Source: a virus. From it: a stretch of DNA of 64,000 bases. The stretch is from the IMG/VR virus record IMGVR_UViG_3300024299_000001, positions 1 to 64,000 of that record. One strand, given 5' to 3'. The stretch's first letter is position 1. Each line of letters begins with the position of its first letter. A program made the position numbers and the translations under genes. Of the stretch, positions 51,798 to 59,374 are shown piece by piece. The notes beneath the pieces are model-generated. The model had not been told where the DNA came from, ran no database searches, and worked only from the letters and a program-made list of their open reading frames with translations.

Positions 51798-53402
51798 TTA
51801 TGCTTGTACTGCTTGTGAACGTTCCTGAGCTATTTGAGCGATAGCCAGTTTAATAATCTGGTCTTTCGTGTTCAAAGGCTCTCCTGACTCTTCTTTTGCA
51901 ATAAGTTTTCTAAGCCAATTTTGTATTATAGCCATTCCGCCTTTTTTTAATTCTTCTGCTGTGCTTTGCACGGCAGCTTGTATTTTAGGCGACAACTGTT
52001 GCTGACCTGGCTGACTAGCAGTATTACCTTTTAAGATATTATCAAGCGCTCCGCCAGGTATAGTTTCAGAACTTATAGGGTTGTTTTGCTGTGTAGCTGG
52101 TCCAGTAGGTATTCCAGAAGAATGGAATTTATCAAGAACTGATTTAGCTTTAATTGAAGCTGGGACTGGGTCAGTTAAGTCTTGTATTGTTATGCCATCT
52201 ACTGTCATTGTAGGCGCTGGAGCATTAGTAGGTATCGTGCCAGCGTCTGTAGGTACTGTCCCGCCTGCAAATGCAGGTATACCTGATGTGCTAGTAGGTG
52301 CTTGAGCATTAACTGTAGGTCTTATTGAAGATGGTATCGCACCTCCTGCACTAGCTGGTATACTTGATGTATCAATAGGTGTTTGTTTTACGGGTGTATT
52401 TACTACATGACTTGGTAAAGCTTCTTTAGGAGCTTCTGACTGTGCTTGTATAAGTGCTAATTTCTTTGCAGAGTCTTTAGGAGTTAAAGTTGCAGGCGTA
52501 TCACTTGGATTGTCACCTACTATTTTTGCCACATTTGGATTAGCCATTTTTAAAGCCATTAGTCGTACTGCAACTGGATCAGCTCCGACTTTAAACCAAT
52601 GTCCTTCATTTCCGTTTACTTTTTCTTGTTTACTTTTACCAAATGTTTTAAGACCCATAGATTTTAACATGGTTCTAAATTCTTTTATATCACTTATTTT
52701 TGCGTCTTTAGGACTTAACGGAATATGTATTCTGTAAGAATTTGGACTACCAGCCATACCTGGTACAGTTTCTGTGGGCCAAATTACACCAGTTGCTTTA
52801 GATACATAACCGTTAATCTCATTTATTCGGTTATTAATAACTGAAGTAGCGTACTCTAGTTGATCTTTATTAGACGCATTTAAAGGAGGCGGTGTTTCGC
52901 GTTCTTTTATTTGGGATAGTATATTTAACTTATCTAAATGTGCTTTTGATGCTGCTGTTTTATTAGCTGACTGAGTCTGCACATCTGTTAAGTATGTGGC
53001 TGGACTATTTGTTTTAAGTTTATCTGTATAGTTAGCTATGGCATCTACGTTACCTGTTCGTCTAGCCTCAGTAAGATTTGCCAAAGTCTTAGTTGTTTTA
53101 TTTGCATTCACACGTGACTGACCCTCAAACATATCTCTACCGACTGCCATAGCTGTCTTAACTGCTGCCATTACAACAGGTGCAGGATACCCTTTACTTT
53201 GTAGCGCTTGCAGTACCTTACTCATAACATCTGAGTTAGTTTTTTCTTCATCTGACAAGCCACCTAGCATCTGCAACACATCTTGAGCTGCAGCTGTTAC
53301 TTGATCACGTAGTGTACTAGCTTCTCTTCTATCAGCAAAATTTGCCATTGTAGTAGCAAAACTCGATGCGTTAGTGGATGATTGTGGACTAAAAAATGCC
53401 AT
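51798..53402 (-). CDS. Internal virion or ejection-type protein with Pro/Ala/Thr-rich repeats
   Basis: 534 aa containing IPASAGGAIPSS...GIPAFAGGTVPTDAGTIPTNAPAP. Function comes from context. Confidence 0.55.
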   Translation of the reverse strand: MAFFSPQSSTNASSFATTMANFADRREASTLRDQVTAAAQDVLQMLGGLSDEEKTNSDVMSKVLQALQSKGYPAPVVMAAVKTAMAVGRDMFEGQSRVNANKTTKTLANLTEARRTGNVDAIANYTDKLKTNSPATYLTDVQTQSANKTAASKAHLDKLNILSQIKERETPPPLNASNKDQLEYATSVINNRINEINGYVSKATGVIWPTETVPGMAGSPNSYRIHIPLSPKDAKISDIKEFRTMLKSMGLKTFGKSKQEKVNGNEGHWFKVGADPVAVRLMALKMANPNVAKIVGDNPSDTPATLTPKDSAKKLALIQAQSEAPKEALPSHVVNTPVKQTPIDTSSIPASAGGAIPSSIRPTVNAQAPTSTSGIPAFAGGTVPTDAGTIPTNAPAPTMTVDGITIQDLTDPVPASIKAKSVLDKFHSSGIPTGPATQQNNPISSETIPGGALDNILKGNTASQPGQQQLSPKIQAAVQSTAEELKKGGMAIIQNWLRKLIAKEESGEPLNTKDQIIKLAIAQIAQERSQAVQA

Positions 53403-54855
53403 ATTTTGTCTCCTTGTCTAATCCTGTAATAGCGCCCCATAGGTCAACTAAGCCAGTGCTTGCTTTACCCAGAGATAATATATTGTCAAATAATCCTGGT
53501 TTGTTTGCATCTATTTTTACATTCGCAATGTCTACGTCCTTGTCGATGCCGTACTTCTTGAGTGCAAGTTCTATATTGCCCAAGTTAAGTGTTTCATCCC
53601 GCACACCAGTTGCTCCTAGCAGAGCTAAGTACTGTAGTATGCCTTTAGCAGGTGAACGGTCACTCACAGTTGCGTACTTCTTATCTTCTGCATTGATTGA
53701 GTTGGTCATCTGATTGGCAGCCAGAAGAGCTTGAAGTGCCCCTTCGTCTTTCTTGAACTTAGGAATGTATGAGTAGTCTTTGCCACCTATGTTTACGGTA
53801 GTAGGAGTATACGCACCTGTGCCAGTAGCTAAGTTCTTTTCAAGGCCTTGTAGAACTGCGTTGTTCTTATTCGTAGCTGTGTCAATTGCAGTGCCGTAAC
53901 CCTCAGCTTCTGTCTTCTTGAAGTTCGCATCATTCTTAATTGCTTCTTCTGCTTCAGCAGTAAACTTATCTATATAAGTATCCCACATAGACATTGGATC
54001 ACTTGGGTCACTTGTTGTGCCTGTTGTATCAGCTGTCACGAGATTTCCGTCCTTATCCAAAGATAGCTTACCTAAGGTGTCTAACCCTCCTGGTGTATTT
54101 GTGTTCAGTCCGTTATTTTTTGATACTCTTGAATTGTTAAGGTAGTCTTTAAGCCATTTGGGAGTACCAACCTCTCTTGCTTTATCCCAGGCCCCTGAAC
54201 CTGTGTTCCAGTTTTGAACAAGGGTATCTACTTGTTGGTTGTAATCTTGGAGGTCTTTACCACCAGCAGGAGGAGGCCCCATCACTACTTGAGCCATGAT
54301 CTTGTCAGCCTCTTTCTGTGGCAGCGTTCCATCTAAGGCACTCTGAATTTTTGCGTCATTCAAAACAGACTTCATGTATGTTAATTTATCTGGTCGACTG
54401 TCTTGATCTAACGCACTCCACGCAGCACTTACCTCAGCAAGAATCTCATTGCCAGTCTTTTCACCATAGTTAGCAAGTATAGCGTCATTTGCTGCTTTAA
54501 TAGTCTTCATGTTATTAAAACTATCAATTAGTAATGAAAGCTTACTTAAGCCCCACTTAGCAGATTTCTTAAACATCTTTTTACCAAGACTAGATAGAAG
54601 TGCTAGCTGAGCTTCAATAGCTTGGTTCTTCTCAAAGTCATTGATATATTTAGCAGCTGCATTTGGGTCACCTTCAAACGCTGGAACACTTCCCATAATA
54701 CTAGCCATCTGAGACGCTCCAAAGCCAACAGGAGGACCACTACCAGAGCCACCTCCAACGTTGCCACCATCTGACGCACCGCCTTGAGGACCGTCAACTC
54801 CAGGGCCATAAGAGTTAATCAGCCAATGGAGTTTCTTTGAGTTATTAAAAATCAT
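53389..54855 (-). CDS. Internal virion or ejection-type protein (Gly-rich N-terminus)
   Basis: 488-aa ORF. Function comes from context. Confidence 0.55.
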   Translation of the reverse strand: MIFNNSKKLHWLINSYGPGVDGPQGGASDGGNVGGGSGSGPPVGFGASQMASIMGSVPAFEGDPNAAAKYINDFEKNQAIEAQLALLSSLGKKMFKKSAKWGLSKLSLLIDSFNNMKTIKAANDAILANYGEKTGNEILAEVSAAWSALDQDSRPDKLTYMKSVLNDAKIQSALDGTLPQKEADKIMAQVVMGPPPAGGKDLQDYNQQVDTLVQNWNTGSGAWDKAREVGTPKWLKDYLNNSRVSKNNGLNTNTPGGLDTLGKLSLDKDGNLVTADTTGTTSDPSDPMSMWDTYIDKFTAEAEEAIKNDANFKKTEAEGYGTAIDTATNKNNAVLQGLEKNLATGTGAYTPTTVNIGGKDYSYIPKFKKDEGALQALLAANQMTNSINAEDKKYATVSDRSPAKGILQYLALLGATGVRDETLNLGNIELALKKYGIDKDVDIANVKIDANKPGLFDNILSLGKASTGLVDLWGAITGLDKETKYGIF

Positions 54856-54867
54856 ACGATGCTCCTT

Positions 54868-55950
54868 TTAATTTCCGTAAATATCTTTTGATAAAGCTGT
54901 TAGCATTAATTCTAAAGGTAGTAAAAATTGTGTAGCAGTCTGTGCGTTTGTATTGAGTGCCTGTGACATAAGTTCTGGAATCTTCATCTTCAGTTCTGCG
55001 CCTTTCATGACCGCATCACTTGACTTGCTTGCTACGTCAGTTGCTATCTTACTCAAAGCTGAACTCATAGTGTCTGATGTTATACTAGACTTGAGCATAT
55101 TCTTGGTTGCCATTTCATCAAGCACACTCTGACTGACACCCTTGATCATGTTACGACCTTCTGATCGCGCACCTTGTTGTGCTGCAGCGATGTACTTATC
55201 TATATCGTCATTTAGACCAGTTATTTTAGTTTGTAAAGCTGTGTTAAGAGCTGAGTTATCAAACGTATTACTATCGATATAGCCTTGTATTTGTTCTATA
55301 ATTCCTGCGAATGGTGACTGTTGTCCGGTGTTGGGGTCTACTCCTGGATCGGGCCCTGGTGAAGGCTTCCCTGGGTCAAGGTGTATTTTCATGTTAGCCT
55401 TTAAAGTATCATATGGTATACCTGTAAGGTTCGCCATGTCGATATAAGATGCACCTGTTGTGTTCATATACGCAGAAATAAACTCATTTTTATCGGGAGC
55501 CGCATCATAAAGTTTTGTGAACCCTGCCTGGTCATTGGTGAAAAATTCAGTGCCTTGCTGAGTTGTTGTGTTGCCACCTGACACTCGGTTCACTGCATTA
55601 ATCAAGTCCTGTTTAGAGGCTCCGTATGTGCCTAAGTCTTGGTAAACTTGAGTAGGAGTGGCAGTTTTAATATAGTCTGATACATCGTTTTCAGTGCCTG
55701 ACCATGTGCCTATTGTTACAGGTTTTGATGGTTCAGGTGCTTTTGGCAACACACCATAATCTATAAAGGAATCCGCTTGAGATGCTGTATAATCAGAACC
55801 AGGGTTAAGGTCATTTATAATATTCGACAATGTAGCACCTGATACACCGTATTTAATTGCATCACTTCTAATTTGGCCCGGTGTATTTCCAGCGAAATAA
55901 GACTTTAAATCGTCTGCTGTATAGTCCGTCCCACCTATATTATATGCCAT
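54868..55950 (-). CDS. Virion-associated protein with three N-terminal repeats of about 40 aa
   Basis: 360 aa. The repeated pattern is D..(S/Y)Y....TP.Q...D....G.S...L.N.VN. Confidence 0.55.
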   Translation of the reverse strand: MAYNIGGTDYTADDLKSYFAGNTPGQIRSDAIKYGVSGATLSNIINDLNPGSDYTASQADSFIDYGVLPKAPEPSKPVTIGTWSGTENDVSDYIKTATPTQVYQDLGTYGASKQDLINAVNRVSGGNTTTQQGTEFFTNDQAGFTKLYDAAPDKNEFISAYMNTTGASYIDMANLTGIPYDTLKANMKIHLDPGKPSPGPDPGVDPNTGQQSPFAGIIEQIQGYIDSNTFDNSALNTALQTKITGLNDDIDKYIAAAQQGARSEGRNMIKGVSQSVLDEMATKNMLKSSITSDTMSSALSKIATDVASKSSDAVMKGAELKMKIPELMSQALNTNAQTATQFLLPLELMLTALSKDIYGN

Positions 55951-56170
55951 TTTACCCTTTCTCCTACATTACTATATTAATTATATCCATTCTATCCACG
56001 TCACCAATTATAGGAAGATTAACAAGGTCTCCATAATCCCATTTGATTGCTGTATTTTGGCTGTCCCTGAATCTTATAACCTTTTCTCCGTCTGGTTTTA
56101 CACAAACTGCAATCCTGAAAGAGTGACCGCAACTGCGTATCGCTGTAAGCTTTTCCGTTTAATAAGTAAC

Positions 56171-56533
56171 TCACAATGTTCTCCTTGTGTTTTGGTGCAC
56201 TTGTATATGAAAATGTAAAACTCCGGTTTTTGTTTTATGTAATAAAGCTACTCTCATAGTTGGTCTCTCATAGTCATATACCCAGTTATCGTTAATCCAA
56301 CGCTCTATTTCTTTTGGTTCTAAATAAACCCATTCTGTTAAGTCTATCGCTCTTACTGGTCGTACGCCGTGTAGATCGTTTCTGTGCATCTTTGGTCTGT
56401 ATGACTCTGACATTCTGAGTCCAAACTTATCAGCTATAGCGCATATAATATTAACCAAAAGAGGCTCATAATTATACTCCATTAGACCACGTAGAACACT
56501 AGTATCTTTTATTACTATTTTGCCTGGTTTCAT
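56171..56533 (-). CDS. Possible peptidase-M15-like cell-wall hydrolase
   Basis: 120 aa. DLHGVRPVRAIDL and GVLHFHIQVH loosely resemble the H..G.A.D and H.H zinc ligand blocks. Confidence 0.35.
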   Translation of the reverse strand: MKPGKIVIKDTSVLRGLMEYNYEPLLVNIICAIADKFGLRMSESYRPKMHRNDLHGVRPVRAIDLTEWVYLEPKEIERWINDNWVYDYERPTMRVALLHKTKTGVLHFHIQVHQNTRRTL

Positions 56534-56627
56534 ATACCCAAAATATAACTAAAATGTTTCCCCATACTAGTAAGCATACCACTAGAGCTCCGATCGTTAT
56601 TGCAATACAGCCAATGAGCTGTTCCAT
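56499..56627 (-). CDS. Small TM peptide (42 aa; hand-called)
   Basis: MEQLIGCIAITIGALVVCLLVWGNILVIFWVY.... Its ATG directly follows the TGA of the upstream gene. Confidence 0.3.
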   Translation of the reverse strand: MEQLIGCIAITIGALVVCLLVWGNILVIFWVYETRQNSNKRY

Positions 56628-57398
56628 TCATACTGTCATCCTTAAAATTCTTATTTCATCATATTTGGAATAAGGTGGTTTATCTCCATATTTCCAAACA
56701 AAAGTTTCCACCTGTGGATCGTACATCCATAGATCCATGTTGTCATCAAGGATATGAGTGATTGCGTGTTTAATTATATCCTGCCCTTCATACCTTAATA
56801 TTACATCAGACCTTTTGCCAAAGACCAGATTGCCGTAGTTCCACCTTGACAACCATCCAGTTGTTTCATTAACAAAGTCATCGCAGTCGTGGGATTCTTC
56901 AATATATAATCGTCTGTCTGCTGGATTAGCAACGCAAACAGGTTTAATCATCTCTGGTTTAATTAACCTGAAAATCATATCATCTTCGTAAATATCAAAG
57001 GGATGAATACCTGTGAGTGTTCTTATCTTTTGCCTTGCTTCATAAACTGATATTTCTCTCATTTCACCAAGATCAGGTACAGGAGGATTTAAAATGTCTG
57101 CATACCCTTGAGTATTGAACATTGACCAATCACCGTCCAACCATCCGACAAGATTTGGCCCTGTTACTATTCCCATTGGATTAAGAATTACAGAGATTAA
57201 AAGATTTGGATCAAGCAATGGATTAGGGCATATTTCTTTTGCACAAATAGCAACTATTTGGAGTTGAATACTATTAGGAATACCAAAACAATTTTGAGTA
57301 TCAGCATACAATCGTTTAGATCCATTGTAATTATAGTACCCACCGTCTTCAAGATAGTTTTTAATTGTCTTTACCATTGCTTGTTTTATTGTTGTCAT
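56628..57398 (-). CDS. Cassette-associated 256-aa protein with Cys..His..Asp arrangement (possible papain-like fold)
   Basis: It is a paralog of 1..573. It contains ESHDCDDFVNETTGW, KHAITHIL and MYDPQ. The start may be the MVKTIK Met at 57377. Confidence 0.7.
   Translation of the reverse strand: MTTIKQAMVKTIKNYLEDGGYYNYNGSKRLYADTQNCFGIPNSIQLQIVAICAKEICPNPLLDPNLLISVILNPMGIVTGPNLVGWLDGDWSMFNTQGYADILNPPVPDLGEMREISVYEARQKIRTLTGIHPFDIYEDDMIFRLIKPEMIKPVCVANPADRRLYIEESHDCDDFVNETTGWLSRWNYGNLVFGKRSDVILRYEGQDIIKHAITHILDDNMDLWMYDPQVETFVWKYGDKPPYSKYDEIRILRMTV
56802..57101. repeat. Conserved arm 2, copy B
   Basis: Partner of 1..300. Confidence 0.85.
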
Positions 57399-57406
57399 GG
57401 TTTATC

Positions 57407-57529
57407 CTATTGGTTCGATCTCTTACGCCTGTCACCATTCCGCAATTCTTGAGAAGTGAAGTAACTCTTAGCATGATGAGATGTTATACCAGATCGTCTT
57501 TGTTTTTTTCTTCTGTTATTTTGTCCCAT
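57407..57529 (-). CDS. Very basic 40-aa ORF (hand-called), absent from cassette copy A
   Basis: The product is MGQNNRRKKQRRSGITSHHAKSYFTSQELRNGDRRKRSNQ. Confidence 0.3.
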   Translation of the reverse strand: MGQNNRRKKQRRSGITSHHAKSYFTSQELRNGDRRKRSNQ

Positions 57530-57538
57530 TGCTTACCC

Positions 57539-57628
57539 TTATTGAAACTTATATTTTATAACCACTATTCCTGAACCACCTGTGCCTGAGCTGTAGTATT
57601 GTATTAGTGCTTGTTTTATTGTTGTCAT
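57539..57628 (-). CDS. 29-aa mini-ORF joining the shared N-terminal leader to the C-terminal strand of the glycine-rich family
   Basis: Its product MTTIKQALIQYYSSGTGGSGIVVIKYKFQ compares with the GGSGIVIIRYQFQ end of the 57636..58496 product. The copy-A counterpart is at 570..629 (MDIKQALIQYYSNGTGGQQ). Confidence 0.35.
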   Translation of the reverse strand: MTTIKQALIQYYSSGTGGSGIVVIKYKFQ

Positions 57629-57635
57629 GGTTTCC

Positions 57636-58496
57636 TTATTGGAACTGATAACGGATTATAACAATACCTGAGCCGCCCGCTGCTCCGAGCCCGCTAAAAG
57701 ACCCGCTTTCACCGTTTCCGCCGCCACCGCCGCCTAAATTATCTGTCCCTGCTATTGCCTGTGTCGTACCGTTAGCACCAGCACCACCACCACCAGTACC
57801 ACCAGGAGCCACCCCCCCTGATTGAGCACCACCGCCGCCGCCGCCGCAATAAACAACGGCACTTCCCGTTATTGAGTTAGATGTACCATCTCCACCATCT
57901 CCAGGATTACCTGCCCCGGAATCTTCTCCAGCTTGAGAGTGTCCTCCACCGCCTGCACCAAAACCAACACTGGCATTTCCAGTTCCTCCATCACTACCTT
58001 GATCTCCTGTACCTTTGGCATTACTACCTGTGCCCAAACCAGTACCGCCGCCGCCAGAACCTCCATTGCCGCCAGGATAGGTTGTTCTCGTACCACCAGA
58101 ACCGCCACCATTAGCAGTTATAGAGCTAAACACTGAGTCTTCACCAGTGCCAGCAGGACCAGTACCATTAGGGCCACCCGCACCACCATCTCCAACTGTG
58201 ATTTCATACGCCTGGGCTGTTACAGCAAAACCAGAAGCAGTTCTATAACCACCAGCACCACCACCACCCGCAAAAGCTGCTCCTCCTCCTCCACCACCAC
58301 CTGCAACAACCAAATATTCAACAGTCCCAATACTACCAAGAGTTGTTACTGTAAAATCAGTACCAGTATCAGCAAGAAGAAATTCATGTACTTTATAATC
58401 ACCGTCTGTGGTTATGGTTCCACCTGTGGCTGTCATGTAGGACACAGCGCCTTTAAGACGAGCCAACACCGCTTTATGGGCTAATTGAATAGTCAT
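57636..58496 (-). CDS. Distal tip B: glycine-rich domain protein
   Basis: The start at MTIQLAHK (ATG rc 58496..58494) lies 1 nt after the upstream TAA. Long GGGG/GGxG tracts are present. Confidence 0.75.
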   Translation of the reverse strand: MTIQLAHKAVLARLKGAVSYMTATGGTITTDGDYKVHEFLLADTGTDFTVTTLGSIGTVEYLVVAGGGGGGGAAFAGGGGAGGYRTASGFAVTAQAYEITVGDGGAGGPNGTGPAGTGEDSVFSSITANGGGSGGTRTTYPGGNGGSGGGGTGLGTGSNAKGTGDQGSDGGTGNASVGFGAGGGGHSQAGEDSGAGNPGDGGDGTSNSITGSAVVYCGGGGGGAQSGGVAPGGTGGGGAGANGTTQAIAGTDNLGGGGGGNGESGSFSGLGAAGGSGIVIIRYQFQ

Positions 58497-58818
58497 GTTA
58501 AACCTCCGGCGTCCAACCATTAGTTGTAATAAGCCAATCATCTGCTGTGTAGTATTGAAAGACCGCTATATCTCCGGCGGTTGACAAGTTCGTTAGGTTC
58601 TTACCTTCAGCGTTTGTTGTGCCATCCATTAAGTATCCGTCAGCAGCGTTTGTATCAACGATAACTTCTATTGCTCCGAGTGTTATAATGGTGAAGTTCA
58701 TTCCTGCTACCATTAGCGGGAGTTGACAAGTGCCGGTTACGTTACAAACAAACGTACCACCGTAAAGATTAGCTCCGGTAAAGTTCGCTGCGAAATTTGC
58801 TGCTGAGTCTGTGACTGG
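58473..58818. repeat. Conserved arm 1, copy B
   Basis: Partner of 2955..3300. Confidence 0.85.
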
Positions 58819-59352
58819 TGTTAATGATGCTGTACTACCTGTTATTATACCATTCACTTCTAACTCTGTGGCTGGACTCGCAGTCCCTATGCCTACGTTG
58901 CCTGTATCACCCTCAACAACCAGTTTATCAGTATCAACCGCAAAATCATCTCCGGCATCGTTGTGAAGGTTTATGTTCACCCCTGCCCCTGTTGATTCGA
59001 TTGTGATATCTGCTGCGTTTGAGATTGAAGTTAGAGCGGTTGTGCCAGTTATGTCCGTATTAGAGCCTTTTCCAGCATAAAGAGTGTCTAAATAAGTTTT
59101 AAGAGTAGCTTTAATATTAGCCCAAGTAAGTTTCTTAAGAACACTAGAAGCAGCACTATCAGAAATACCGATAACATCAGCGTCAACTGGAGTTGTCTTT
59201 CCGGTAGCTGTGTTAATTGGTTTTGCTAAAGCATTACTTAAAGTTACTTTTTTCTGTAATGGTGAGCCACCAGGATCGTTGACTACATATATTAAATCAT
59301 CGCCTGTTGGAGCAGTGTCTTCTGTCAGTGCTGTTAATTTTGAGTCAGCCAT
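58498..59352 (-). CDS. Tail fibre B (short shaft) sharing the 109-aa C-terminal domain with fibre A
   Basis: 284 aa with RBS AGGAG. The N-terminus ADSKLTALTEDTAPTGDDLIYVV is typical of phage fibre N-termini. Confidence 0.8.
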   Translation of the reverse strand: MADSKLTALTEDTAPTGDDLIYVVNDPGGSPLQKKVTLSNALAKPINTATGKTTPVDADVIGISDSAASSVLKKLTWANIKATLKTYLDTLYAGKGSNTDITGTTALTSISNAADITIESTGAGVNINLHNDAGDDFAVDTDKLVVEGDTGNVGIGTASPATELEVNGIITGSTASLTPVTDSAANFAANFTGANLYGGTFVCNVTGTCQLPLMVAGMNFTIITLGAIEVIVDTNAADGYLMDGTTNAEGKNLTNLSTAGDIAVFQYYTADDWLITTNGWTPEV

Positions 59353-59374
59353 AATAACTCCTATGTATTAAAAT

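Noticed and set aside
57869-58136. Alternative-frame ORFs within and opposite the glycine-rich gene
   Set aside because: They are generated by the GGN-rich repeats, have no independent signals, and are fully nested in the supported gene.
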